Positions 1-9,593 of a DNA stretch of 64,000 nt are shown in pieces. Below the pieces are notes generated by a model. It saw only the letters and a list, made by a program, of their open reading frames with translations, was not told the DNA's origin and searched no databases. Origin of the DNA: a virus; IMG/VR virus record IMGVR_UViG_2884693830_000001, positions 1,459-65,458 of that record. One strand, written 5' to 3'. Within the stretch, counting starts at the first letter, position 1; each line of letters starts with the position of its first letter. The translations under genes were made by a program, and so were the position numbers.

Positions 1-110
1 TGCTGCGCGAGTGCGACTGGCCGCGCGGCATGGCCCTCGAAGCGATCAACCACGCTATGACGCAGCACACCACGATGCGCATCGCGATGCTCGCCACCCA
101 GACCGGCTGA
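1..110 (+). CDS. 3' end of an unknown protein (truncated by the window edge)
   Basis: Open frame LRECDWPRGMALEAINHAMTQHTTMRIAMLATQTG ending TGA at 108-110 with GC3-rich codons. Confidence 0.5.
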   Translation, partial: LRECDWPRGMALEAINHAMTQHTTMRIAMLATQTG

Positions 111-226
111 CCCACATCCCCACAGTTCCGGCGGCACCCACCGCCAGGCCCGCACAACCAACCCAATCCAGCCTTTCCTGCTAGCACTACAGCTGGCAGG
201 ACGGCAATCCCCCGAGGAGAACAGCC

Positions 227-2551
227 ATGGCACCGAAGCCCACCCTTGAGCAGACCGACATCGTCGAGACCTTCATCCCCGGCGACAAGAACCTCGTCAT
301 CCAGGCCGGGGCCGGCTGCGGCAAGACGTCCGTGCTCAAGATGGCGGCACGCGCGGTCCCGAAGCGCAAGGGCCTGTACATCGCGTACAACAAGGCCATC
401 CAGGTCGAGGCGGCGGCATCGTTCCCCGACTCCGTCACCTGCAAGACCAGCCATGGCCTGGCGTTCGGCGCGGTCGGCCGGAAGTACGCGCACCGGCTCA
501 AGGCGGCCCGCATGAAGTCGGAGGACGTCGCCAAGCTGCTGAAGATCAACAGCCCGATCTACACGCCGACCACCATCATCCCCCCGGCCCACGTCGCCCG
601 CATCGTCATGGCCACGGTCGGCGCGTTCACCCGCTCCGCCCGCATCAACATCCTCACCCAGTCGGTGCCGCGCATCCCCGGCCTCGACGACACCGAGACG
701 ATGCAGACCCTCGCCGCCGAGATCCCGCTCCTCGCGCAGAAGGCGTGGAACGACATCCTCGACCCGCGCGGCCAGCTGCCCTTCTCCCACGACTGCCAGC
801 CTCCCGGCACGCTGGTCCGCCGCGTCGTCCAGCGTGGCAGCAACGGCGACGGCACCTTCGCCAGGACCGAGTTCGAGGACGTGCCGATCGAGCAGATCCG
901 CGAAGGCGACTACGTCGTCAGCTTCGACATGAAGTCACGCCGTGGCTACGTCCGCCGCGATGGGCGGCGAGTCACCGCTGTCGGCGGCCGGGACTACGTC
1001 GGCGCTCTCATCACCGTTATGACCAGGCGCGGCCGGAGCTCGTCTTATACGGCGGAGCACCGCTGCGTGGTCCGCCTCGACTGCGATCTCGCGGACGGCA
1101 ACTATGTCGTGTACCTGGCGCGTCGCGGCAACGACTACCGGATCGGCCGGACGACCTGGCGTACGAAGTCGCAGGGGAACGCGCTGGGAATCCGGCGCCG
1201 GGCCGAGAGCCAGGGCGCTGAGGCGATGTGGATTCTGTCGGTCCACGCCACCGACGCCGAGGCCGCCCTGGCTGAGGCGCTGGCCTCTCACATCTGGCAA
1301 ATCCCAACCTGGCAGTTCCGCTCGGTCAACGAGACCATGCCGCTGCAGCGGTTCTGGTCCGTGGCAGGCCACAACGGCATGAAAGCGGATCGCTGTCTGC
1401 TCGCGCACGGTCTCGACATCCGGTACCCGTTCTGGAAGCAGGGCGACGGCTGGAACACCACGCGGCGGCCGGTCGTGATGCGGGCCTGCAACCTACTGTC
1501 CGGCATGCTCGTGCTGGAGGTAGACGAGATCGAGCCTGGCCCCAAGGGCGAGCTTCGCGCCGACGACGGCGCGAACGGCTGGGCGCCGATCACCGTCAGC
1601 CAGTCCTACTACGAGGGGCCGGTCTACAACCTCGACGTGGACGTGGACCACACCTACATCGCCGACGGCATCGCGACCCACAATTGCTACCTCAAGATGT
1701 GGTGCCTGTCGGAGCCGCAGCTCACCCGGTACGACTACGTACTCCTCGACGAGGCACAGGACTCCAACCCGCCCGTCGCGAAGGTCGTCAACCAGCAGCG
1801 GCACGCCCAACTCGTCCTCGTCGGCGACGACGCCCAGTCCATCTACGGGTGGCGCGGCGCCGACAACGCGATGGCGAAGTTCAACGGCGCACGCAAGACC
1901 TTGAGCCAGTCCTTCCGCTTCGGCCCGGCGGTCGCGGAGGAGGCGAACCTGTGGCTGGAGTACCTGGACGCCCCCCTGCGGCTGCGGGGCTTCGACCAGA
2001 TCAACTCCCGCATCATCGAGTTGGACGAGCCCGACGCGATCCTGTGCCGCACCAACGGAACCGCCATGGCCCAGGTCATGCAGCAGCTGAAGGCTGGCCG
2101 CCGCGTCTCCCTCGTCGGCGGCGGCGACCAGATCCGCAAGCTGGCCGAGGCGGCGATCCAGCTCAAGGACGGCCGCGGCTGTAACCACCCGGAGCTGTTC
2201 GCGTTTAAGAACTGGGGAGAGCTGCAGGATTATGTCGAGGAGGACGAGGGCTCCGACCTGCGGCCCTTCGTGAACCTCATCGACGAGCACGGCCCGGACG
2301 TGGTGCTGGACACGGTGTCCAAGCTCGTCACCGCGAACCCCGAGGTGGAGATCTCCACCTCGCACAAGGCCAAGGGGCGCGAGTGGCACCGCGTCCAGGT
2401 GGCCGCCGACTTCCCCGAGCCCAAGCCCATGTCTGACGGCAAGCCCGGCAGGATCTCCCGCCCGGATGCCATGCTCGCCTACGTCACCGTGACCCGCGCC
2501 CAGTACGACCTCGACAACACTGGCCTGTCCTGGATTCACGAGTACGTGTAA
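227..2551 (+). CDS. UvrD/Rep-family SF1 helicase containing an intein
   Basis: Walker A AGAGCGKT, YNK, TSHGLA, DEAQD, VGDDAQSIYGWRGA, QSFRFG, ILCRTN, STSHKAKGREW and YVTVTRA motifs; RBS GAGGAG. Confidence 0.92.
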   Translation: MAPKPTLEQTDIVETFIPGDKNLVIQAGAGCGKTSVLKMAARAVPKRKGLYIAYNKAIQVEAAASFPDSVTCKTSHGLAFGAVGRKYAHRLKAARMKSEDVAKLLKINSPIYTPTTIIPPAHVARIVMATVGAFTRSARINILTQSVPRIPGLDDTETMQTLAAEIPLLAQKAWNDILDPRGQLPFSHDCQPPGTLVRRVVQRGSNGDGTFARTEFEDVPIEQIREGDYVVSFDMKSRRGYVRRDGRRVTAVGGRDYVGALITVMTRRGRSSSYTAEHRCVVRLDCDLADGNYVVYLARRGNDYRIGRTTWRTKSQGNALGIRRRAESQGAEAMWILSVHATDAEAALAEALASHIWQIPTWQFRSVNETMPLQRFWSVAGHNGMKADRCLLAHGLDIRYPFWKQGDGWNTTRRPVVMRACNLLSGMLVLEVDEIEPGPKGELRADDGANGWAPITVSQSYYEGPVYNLDVDVDHTYIADGIATHNCYLKMWCLSEPQLTRYDYVLLDEAQDSNPPVAKVVNQQRHAQLVLVGDDAQSIYGWRGADNAMAKFNGARKTLSQSFRFGPAVAEEANLWLEYLDAPLRLRGFDQINSRIIELDEPDAILCRTNGTAMAQVMQQLKAGRRVSLVGGGDQIRKLAEAAIQLKDGRGCNHPELFAFKNWGELQDYVEEDEGSDLRPFVNLIDEHGPDVVLDTVSKLVTANPEVEISTSHKAKGREWHRVQVAADFPEPKPMSDGKPGRISRPDAMLAYVTVTRAQYDLDNTGLSWIHEYV
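794..1684 (+). mobile_element. Intein (297 aa) with a GIY-YIG-like central domain
   Basis: Starts C-QPPGTLV, has VPIEQIREGD, block B TAEH, block F VYNLDV..HTYIADG, ends THN followed by +1 Cys; removing it restores FSHD-CYLK; centre has YVVYLARRGNDYRIGRT. Confidence 0.9.
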
Positions 2552-2568
2552 CCGTGTTCCCGCCTGAT

Positions 2569-2586
2569 GCAAGCAACAGTACTTGC
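2569..2586. promoter_or_regulatory. GCNAG-N8-CTNGC operator-like site
   Basis: TGAT-GCAAG-CAACAGTA-CTTGC-GTCA, nearly identical to the 21483 copy. Confidence 0.6.
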
Positions 2587-2619
2587 GTCATGCGCCCTTA
2601 CCGGCAAGGAGCCAACCCC

Positions 2620-3009
2620 ATGGCGAAACTCACCGACATCTTGATCATGCGGACGTACGGCAAGGGCCGGTACGAGGCCGAGATCCCCGGCTTCGGCACC
2701 TTCGAGGCCGAACGCCCCCAACTCGCTACCGAAGCCGCGGTGGCCGCGTTCCAGGAGTTCCACCTGATGGGCGACCACATGAAGGTGGAGTACATCCCGT
2801 GCAACGACGGCAAGACGCTGTTCCACTGCTGGGCCACGCCGCACGGCTGGGCCTGGCAGATCGTCAAGCTCGCCGAGGGCGGACGCAAGACGAGCCTCGG
2901 ATACGAGTCCCGCGACGGCGTGACGAAGACGTGGGAGCAGTTCCTCGACCGGATGCGCGCCTGGGCGGCCGACTACGACGGCACCAACTCCGCTGCCGCC
3001 GCCTCCTGA
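2620..3009 (+). CDS. Hypothetical protein
   Basis: AAGGAG RBS before ATG 2620; GC3 bias. Confidence 0.7.
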   Translation: MAKLTDILIMRTYGKGRYEAEIPGFGTFEAERPQLATEAAVAAFQEFHLMGDHMKVEYIPCNDGKTLFHCWATPHGWAWQIVKLAEGGRKTSLGYESRDGVTKTWEQFLDRMRAWAADYDGTNSAAAAS

Positions 3010-3020
3010 CCACCCCCCGA

Positions 3021-3040
3021 GCCCGGCCGACCGGCCGGGC
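3021..3040. other. GC hairpin preceding a CCAACCC/RBS leader
   Basis: GCCCGGCCG-AC-CGGCCGGGC; similar hairpins lie near 13015 and 34712. Confidence 0.5.
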
Positions 3041-3070
3041 CTCAACCCTCCAACCCGAAAGGGAAACAGC

Positions 3071-3679
3071 ATGTCCAACCCGGACCGCCGCCACATCACG
3101 ATCATCCTTGACCGCTCCGGCAGCATGGGCAGCGTCAAGGCCGACACCGAAGGCGGCCTGAAGGCGTTCCTCGCCGAGCAGGCCGCCAACCCGGGCGAGA
3201 CCTTCGTGTCGCTCTACCAGTTCGACGATGAGTACGAGCCGGTGTACGAGTTCACCGCCCTGGCCGACGTCCCCGACTACCGTCTCCAGCCCCGCGGCTA
3301 CACCGCGCTGCTCGACGCCGTCGGCAAGACCCTCACCACCATGCGCGACCAGTTCGACGCCATGCCCGAGGCTGACGTCCCGGGCAACATCACTGTCGTC
3401 ATCCTCACCGACGGGCAGGAGAACGCCTCCAAGGAGTGGCGTTCACGCAGCAAGATCCGCCACCTGATCGAGGACCTGCAGCGGCAGGGCTGGACGTTCA
3501 TCTTCCTCGGCGCGGACCAGGATGCGTTCACCGCGGCCGGCGACATCGGCATCGGCGCCGACACCACGCTGTCGTACTCGTCCCGCCGCACCACTGAGAC
3601 CATGACCCGCGCCGGGCGGCTGGTGTCGCGTGGGGGCGGCGGGTTCACCCAGGACGACCGCGACGCCACCCGCTACTAA
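3071..3679 (+). CDS. von Willebrand factor type A domain protein
   Basis: MIDAS motif ILDRSGSM, TALLDAVG, ILTDGQEN, FIFLGA. Confidence 0.9.
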   Translation: MSNPDRRHITIILDRSGSMGSVKADTEGGLKAFLAEQAANPGETFVSLYQFDDEYEPVYEFTALADVPDYRLQPRGYTALLDAVGKTLTTMRDQFDAMPEADVPGNITVVILTDGQENASKEWRSRSKIRHLIEDLQRQGWTFIFLGADQDAFTAAGDIGIGADTTLSYSSRRTTETMTRAGRLVSRGGGGFTQDDRDATRY

Positions 3680-3755
3680 CCCCCTGCGGCCCCGCTCACC
3701 CGGCGGGGCCGCTTCCCCTTACGCAAGCAAAAACGCAAGCGAGAAAGGCCAACCC

Positions 3756-4445
3756 ATGGGAAGCACGACCCGCAAGACCTCCAAGAGGCGGCGTCCCCGC
3801 GCCGACTTCACCCCGGAGCAGCGCGCCGCGTATGGGGCGCGCAAGCGCGCCGACAAGCAGACCGCGATAGCGGCCAGGGAGGGTGCGGCGGCGCTCCTGG
3901 CCCAGCGGCCCGCCCTGATCGACCCCTTCCGCGTGTACGCGAGCCGCGTCATGGGGCACCGGACCCTCGGCAACGCCCTCGGCATGATGGCGCAGAACCC
4001 GTCCGCGACCCGCGTCAACAGCGCGTTCTTCTGGGCAAAGGAGGGCCGGGCGGTCCTGCCCGGCGCGGCCCCCATCTGTGTCCTGGCGCGCCGCAAGGGC
4101 AACAAGATCGTCGAAGAGGAGAACCCGGACACCGGTGAGACGGAGGAGACCGTCCAGGGCAAGTGGTCCGGCTGGACCGCAGAGCGGGTTTTCGACGTCC
4201 GCGACACCATCCCGGCCAAGAAGCCGTGCCAGCACTGCGGCACCGAGCCGGGCGGCACCTGCCCCGCGTCGTGCGCCGTGTACGAGCCGGTGGCCGGCCC
4301 CGTCCCGACCCGGGAGGAAGTCGCCGAGCTCCTGGACACCATCCTCCGCGAAGAGGGCGGATTCGACCTCGACTTCCTCGAGGCGGCGGCCGACGAAGCG
4401 CAGGACCTCCTCGACGACGAGCCCGACGACGGGGGCGACGAGTGA
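3756..4445 (+). CDS. ArdC-like N-terminal ssDNA-binding domain protein
   Basis: Pattern RTLGNALGMMAQNPSATRV..FWAKEGRAVLPG...VFDV resembles the ArdC-N/DUF1738 family; acidic C-terminal tail. Confidence 0.55.
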   Translation: MGSTTRKTSKRRRPRADFTPEQRAAYGARKRADKQTAIAAREGAAALLAQRPALIDPFRVYASRVMGHRTLGNALGMMAQNPSATRVNSAFFWAKEGRAVLPGAAPICVLARRKGNKIVEEENPDTGETEETVQGKWSGWTAERVFDVRDTIPAKKPCQHCGTEPGGTCPASCAVYEPVAGPVPTREEVAELLDTILREEGGFDLDFLEAAADEAQDLLDDEPDDGGDE

Positions 4446-4678
4446 CCCGCCCGCCGAACCCGGCCACGAAGACCGGCCGGATCCGGATCGCTCAGCAGGC
4501 CCGCCGCCACGGCTTCTCCCACTTCCGGGAGGAGTTCGAGGTCGGCGTGAAGTGCCCCCTCTGTAACGAGACGGTCCGCGGCGCCGAGCCGCGCGGCCGG
4601 CAGACCTACATCCAGGTGCTCGACGCCCTCATGTACGACCACCTCCTCCGCTACTGCCCGAAGGGACCCCAGCAATGA
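4442..4678 (+). CDS. Small putative Zn-binding protein
   Basis: CPLC...HLLRYC; GTGA overlap with the upstream stop. Confidence 0.6.
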   Translation: MTRPPNPATKTGRIRIAQQARRHGFSHFREEFEVGVKCPLCNETVRGAEPRGRQTYIQVLDALMYDHLLRYCPKGPQQ

Positions 4679-5340
4679 CCACCACCGACGTCATCCTGGA
4701 GAAGCGGTACGTCCTGGCCGGGATGCCCGGCTGGGGCGAGCACGACCACACCATCCGGACGCAGGGCCTGGCCGTCGCCAACGCGCCCCGCCCCCTCGTC
4801 GGAAACCCGACCTGGTACGGCGAGTTCATGCACGGCTGCCACTACGCGGCCGGGAAGCTCGACGAGCTGGCCGAGCGCTGGAAGGCGGATGACGCGGTGC
4901 TGGTCGAGGAGATCACGCCGCAGGCCATCGTGCGGAAGGTCTCCAGCTACATCGCCAGCCACGGCTACACGCTGGAGCAGCTCGCTGGCGCGTATGAGGG
5001 CGCGGTCGGTGACACCGCGCACGAGATGGGCCTGCCGTGGGATGACGCCTGGCTGCAGGTGCCGTTCCTTCCGGCCCCGACGACTCAGGCGATCAGCGGC
5101 ATCCCGCTGTGCGAGCACGGCACCACGGCTCAGGCGTGGATTCTGCAGGTTGTCCGCCCCGGCGCCCCCCTGCCGGAGGACGTGGAGATCGGCTCCATGG
5201 AGAAGAGCCCGACGTCCTTCATGAACCTGAAGGCGCGGGCCGCCGCCATCGAGGGCCTGCCCGACCAGTTCCAGCTCAGCTACGTGCACAAGGACATGTG
5301 CCGCACCGCCAGCGACCCGGGCGTCCGGAGCCTTCGGTGA
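4675..5340 (+). CDS. Hypothetical protein
   Basis: ATGA overlap; GC3 bias. Confidence 0.7.
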   Translation: MTTTDVILEKRYVLAGMPGWGEHDHTIRTQGLAVANAPRPLVGNPTWYGEFMHGCHYAAGKLDELAERWKADDAVLVEEITPQAIVRKVSSYIASHGYTLEQLAGAYEGAVGDTAHEMGLPWDDAWLQVPFLPAPTTQAISGIPLCEHGTTAQAWILQVVRPGAPLPEDVEIGSMEKSPTSFMNLKARAAAIEGLPDQFQLSYVHKDMCRTASDPGVRSLR

Positions 5341-5609
5341 GCGTGGCCACGCTCGGGCTCACGTGCGATAGCGCGCCGACCGTGTTCCTCCGCATGTCTC
5401 TGGCCTGCCCCTACAGCGGCTGCGGTGGCGACTCGATCGTGGAGAGGACCACGGACGGCGACGAGAACCCCGTCTACATCGCCGACGAGCGTGTGATCAG
5501 CGCATCCGCCGACCCGGGCGAACGCACCGCTGGCCACGAGGGCTTCGAGTGCTCCGACTGCGGCCGGCCGGTGTCTCTGCCGCCCGGCTGGACCTTCGAG
5601 CGGTCCTGA
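5337..5609 (+). CDS. Small zinc-ribbon protein
   Basis: CPYSGC...FECSDCG; GTGA overlap. Confidence 0.6.
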   Translation: MSVATLGLTCDSAPTVFLRMSLACPYSGCGGDSIVERTTDGDENPVYIADERVISASADPGERTAGHEGFECSDCGRPVSLPPGWTFERS

Positions 5610-5686
5610 CCTGACCTCCACCCGCCCCCGGGGGGCGGCGGCCACCCACCGCCGCTCCCCTTCCAACCAACCCAGAAAGAGGCGAG

Positions 5687-7318
5687 TTGATCACTATCAG
5701 GCACACCCACGAGGACGGCACCCTCATCTACGGCACGTCCAAGGGCGACGGCGTGTACGAGATCGTCAAGAAGTGGGAGAACGGCAACTTCAAGTACTTC
5801 CCGTCGATGGCCAGGCAAGGGCGCGCGTGCATCGGGCTTCGCAACAGCCGTGACCGGGTCGCCGACCGGTGGGCCATCAACGCCGCGGCGAAGGCCCTGC
5901 GCGCTGCAGGGTACGAGGTCGAGGTTGAGATCGACGACAGCCACCGCGACCGTGCCCAGGTCCTGGAGGACCAGGCCGACCGGCTCGAAGACCGGCGGGA
6001 CGCGCTGGAGCGGAAGGCCGGGCGGCACGCCGGCGAGGCTGCGGCCGCGCACAACCGGGCGCACCAGATCAGCGAGCGGTTCGCGGCGGGCCAGCCCATC
6101 CTGGTCGGCCACCATTCCGAGCGGGGTGCCCGCGCCGACCGGAAGCGGATGGACGCCGCGATGCGCAAGAGCATCGACGAGGACAACGCGGCGCAGAGCG
6201 CTGCTGAGCGCGCCAACGCGGTCGGCCGCCAGATGCGCCGCTCGGCGACTCCGGCCGTGACCAGGCGCCGGATCGAGAGGGCCGAGGCTGAGCTACGCCA
6301 GATCCAGAAGAATCTGGAGGGCTACGAGCGCAGGCACCTCGACTACGGGGGCAACCCGCTCTACGTCGAGAAGCACGACCCTGCGGAGGGCGACTACCGG
6401 GAGATGCAGCTCGCCCGTAAGGCGCAGCTGGAGGACCAGCTCGAATATGACCGGGCGCAGCTCGCCGCCGCGATCGAGGCGGGCGAGTACGTCATGTGGG
6501 ACAAGGGCAACGTGCACGTCGGCGACGTCGTGCACTACTGGGGTATCCGGGCGCGCACCGTGGTGAAGGTCAACAAGGTGACCGTCTCCGTCGAGTCCGA
6601 CTACTCCTGGCCGGACAAGGTGAAGTTCACCGACATCCGTGCCGTCGAGTGCCCGCACGGCGAGAACGGGCCCGAAACCGTCGCGACGAACCGGCCCGTG
6701 AGGAAGAAGGCCCCGGCCAAGCCGAAGTTCGAGGTGCCAGCCCTCGACGTCGAGAAGCTGCAGGCCGCCGGGCAGACCCTCAGCAACATGACGGTCGGCG
6801 CCGGCCGGGAGGCGTTCGTGTCACCGTCCGCCGTGGTGGAACGGCTGGTCTCGCTGGCCGACATCGAGCGCGCCATGACCGTCCTCGAACCTTCGGCCGG
6901 GACCGGCAATATCGCCGCGGCCGCCGTCGAGCTCGGCGCGATCGTGGACTGCGTCGAGATCGACAACGGGCTCGTCGAGGTCCTGGCGTCCCGCGTCCCC
7001 GGCGCGAACCTGTTGTACCGCCACGACTTCCTGGAGACGGACACGTCGCAGCTCGGCACCTACGACCGGGTCGTGATGAACCCGCCGTTCTCGGAAGGGC
7101 GAGACATCGCGCACGTCATCCACGCCCTGCAGTTCGTCAAGCCCGGCGGTCGCCTCGTCTCGGTGATGGGCCAGGGCGTCACGACCAGCCGGACAAAGGC
7201 CGCCACGTCGTTCCGAGACATGGTCGACGAGCGCGGCGGCTGGTTCGAGGACCTGCCCGCGGGTTCCTTCGCCCCGGCGACGACCTTCAGCACGGTCATC
7301 GTCGTCATCCCCTGCTGA
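5687..7318 (+). CDS. DUF3560-domain protein fused to an amino-DNA methyltransferase
   Basis: N-terminal GQPILVGHHSE..RA signature (DUF3560); C-terminal VLEPSAGTG (motif I) and VVMNPPF (motif IV). Confidence 0.85.
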   Translation: MITIRHTHEDGTLIYGTSKGDGVYEIVKKWENGNFKYFPSMARQGRACIGLRNSRDRVADRWAINAAAKALRAAGYEVEVEIDDSHRDRAQVLEDQADRLEDRRDALERKAGRHAGEAAAAHNRAHQISERFAAGQPILVGHHSERGARADRKRMDAAMRKSIDEDNAAQSAAERANAVGRQMRRSATPAVTRRRIERAEAELRQIQKNLEGYERRHLDYGGNPLYVEKHDPAEGDYREMQLARKAQLEDQLEYDRAQLAAAIEAGEYVMWDKGNVHVGDVVHYWGIRARTVVKVNKVTVSVESDYSWPDKVKFTDIRAVECPHGENGPETVATNRPVRKKAPAKPKFEVPALDVEKLQAAGQTLSNMTVGAGREAFVSPSAVVERLVSLADIERAMTVLEPSAGTGNIAAAAVELGAIVDCVEIDNGLVEVLASRVPGANLLYRHDFLETDTSQLGTYDRVVMNPPFSEGRDIAHVIHALQFVKPGGRLVSVMGQGVTTSRTKAATSFRDMVDERGGWFEDLPAGSFAPATTFSTVIVVIPC

Positions 7319-7383
7319 ACCCCCTTCGGCGCTGGCCGTCATGCAAGCGATACGGCTAGCGCCACTACCTGAGGAGTTTCATC

Positions 7384-7884
7384 GTGACCTGGAACAGCGG
7401 TCCGCGCATCGACGGCCCCGAGCCGGAGCCCCGCATGCTGACTGTCACGCTCGCCAGCGACGTCTGGGACCACATCATCGACCGGCTCGGCGACTACGCC
7501 GACCAGGCCGAGGAACGCCCGTGGCTGGGCGACTGCCACGACTGCGACACGGCCAACCCCGGCATGTGCCCCAAGCACCAGGAGGCAGCCGGGTACGGCG
7601 CCCAGGTCCGTGCCTGGCGTGACCAGATCGTGGGCCAGCTCGCCGAGCAGACCACGACGACGGCCGACCTGGTGCGGCGGACCCAGATACCGCTGGACAC
7701 GTCGCTCCGTGACGTCATCCACCCCCCGTACATCGCGGTGCGGAACCTGCTCATGCGGGACGACATCCTCACCATCGGCGACCTGGCCGCTTCCAGCGAT
7801 GACGATCTGCTCTCGATCAGGAACTTCGGCGCGGGCCGGTTAGCCGAGTTGCGGACCGTGCTGCGCAAGGTGTCCGAGAGCTGA
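7384..7884 (+). CDS. Protein with a C-terminal RNA polymerase alpha-CTD-like domain
   Basis: VRNLLMRDDILTIGDLAASSDDDLLSIRNFGAGRLAEL matches the RpoA CTD helix-hairpin-helix (DLLDIRNFG). Confidence 0.75.
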   Translation: MTWNSGPRIDGPEPEPRMLTVTLASDVWDHIIDRLGDYADQAEERPWLGDCHDCDTANPGMCPKHQEAAGYGAQVRAWRDQIVGQLAEQTTTTADLVRRTQIPLDTSLRDVIHPPYIAVRNLLMRDDILTIGDLAASSDDDLLSIRNFGAGRLAELRTVLRKVSES

Positions 7885-8653
7885 TGTCCCCGCAGCCGCT
7901 CTACCTCGCGCCGCCATCGACCCCGTCCATCCGGACAGAGGTTGCCGCTGGCCGTCTGGGGCGATCCTCAACCCCGCCAGCGGCAACCGGCTGCCCGACG
8001 AGGGGCTGTTCGGCGTGGACAACGCGGTGTTCAGCGGCAAGTACCCGGACGACCGGAAGTATCTGCGCTGGCTGGAGCGGTTCGTGCCGCACGCCGACCG
8101 GTGCCTGTTCGTGACCGCGCCCGACGTGGTGGGCAACGCGTTTGCCACGGTGGCGCGGTCACGACACATGCTGAAGGAGATCCGCGCCATGGGTCTCCCG
8201 GCCGCCCTGGTCGCGCAGGACTACATGGAGTTCTGCCCGCTGTGGGACTGGGAGGACTTCGACTGCCTGTTCATCGGTGGCTCGACGGCGTGGAAGCTGT
8301 CGCCAGCCGCCGAAAACCTCGGGCGCGTCGCCAACTCGATCGGCCTCTGGACCCACGTCGGCCGGGTCAACTCCCTGCTGCGCTACCGGACGCTCCGCTG
8401 GGCCCTCTCCGTCGACGGCACGTACCTGCAGCGCACGGGCCCCGACCGGGGACTGCGGACCGTCCTCGGCTGGCACGACGCGCTGCTCCGCGACGACGAG
8501 CCGCCGCCCGGCCTGTTCGACTCACCCCCTCCAGAACCGGACGACCTCGACCCGTGGGACGGCAGCTACGACCTCGCGCAGTGGCTGCCGCCCGGGTGGC
8601 CCCGGCAGCAGAAGCCGCCGCGGCCACAACCCGAACAACTCGCTCTGCTGTGA
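7884..8653 (+). pseudogene. Frameshifted conserved phage TIM-barrel protein, possibly TGT/DpdA-like
   Basis: N-terminus MSPQPLYLAPPST...GRLG joins AILNPASGNRLP..DNAVF if one G is added to the G4 run at 7958-7961; motifs APDVVG, ALVAQD, FIGGST.WK, HVGRVN, SVDGT. Confidence 0.55.
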
Positions 8654-8664
8654 AAGGAACCGAC

Positions 8665-9147
8665 GTGGACGACAACACCCTGTTCGACCCGCCGCCGGCC
8701 GCCGACGAGCCGGCCGGGACCGCGCACGGCTGGACGGCCATCAGGCGGAAGAAGGTGACGGTGACCATAGAAGACGAGGTTGGCGCCGCCGAGCCCATCG
8801 TCCGGCCTGGTCAGCGCGACTTCTTCCCCCACAACCTCATCTACCGCTGGGTGTGGACGCCCGAGACCGGCTGGACGCTCTCGCTGTACGAGGCCAGCGG
8901 GCCGAACCGGAAAGCGAACGGCGATGTCGGCCTGATGATCGTCACCGAGCGCCTGCACGGAGCCGCCCCAGAGTCGTGGTCCAAGCTGCCCGACTGGCTG
9001 TACCTGGCCATGGCCGCCGCCCTGCCCAACTGGGATCCTCCCGCCGCGCAGCTCCAGCCGGCCGAAGGCGCGGTCGAGGCCGTTATGGCGGCGGCCGACG
9101 AGCCCCGCGTACGCGCCGATGACGATCTGGAGAGGGGCCGGCCGTGA
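8665..9147 (+). CDS. Hypothetical protein
   Basis: GAAAGGA RBS, GTG start, GC3 bias. Confidence 0.65.
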   Translation: MDDNTLFDPPPAADEPAGTAHGWTAIRRKKVTVTIEDEVGAAEPIVRPGQRDFFPHNLIYRWVWTPETGWTLSLYEASGPNRKANGDVGLMIVTERLHGAAPESWSKLPDWLYLAMAAALPNWDPPAAQLQPAEGAVEAVMAAADEPRVRADDDLERGRP

Positions 9148-9593
9148 TGAGCAGCGCGGCCACGGCGGCCGCCACCGCGGCCCGCAGGCGTCAGCGAGTC
9201 TTGCGGAAGGAGCGGACCGCGCAGCTACTCAGCGACGGCATCACCGACCCGGCCATGATCGGGGAACACGTCGGCGTCCACGAGCGGACCATCCAGCGGT
9301 ACCTGCGGGAGTTAGAGGGCGACGTCGACCGGCGAGCCATCGTGTACTCGTCCATCAAGCCGCGGGTGATGGAACACCTCCGCAAGTACCCGCATCTCCG
9401 GATCAGCGCGTGGCAGCTCACCCGGGTGCTCCAGCTGCCGGAGTCGTCATGCAAGACCGTCAGGAACGCGTTGCGCAGCCTGGAGCGCGACGGCCTCGTG
9501 CGGCATGAGATCGGCACCCGCAAGGAGGGCGACTACCGCAGCTGCATGAAGCTGATCCTGTGGTCGCTCCTCGAGCAGGAGGCGGCCCGATGA
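9144..9593 (+). CDS. HTH DNA-binding protein
   Basis: PAMIGEHVGVHERTIQRYLRE HTH plus a second winged-helix-like segment. Confidence 0.7.
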   Translation: MMSSAATAAATAARRRQRVLRKERTAQLLSDGITDPAMIGEHVGVHERTIQRYLRELEGDVDRRAIVYSSIKPRVMEHLRKYPHLRISAWQLTRVLQLPESSCKTVRNALRSLERDGLVRHEIGTRKEGDYRSCMKLILWSLLEQEAAR

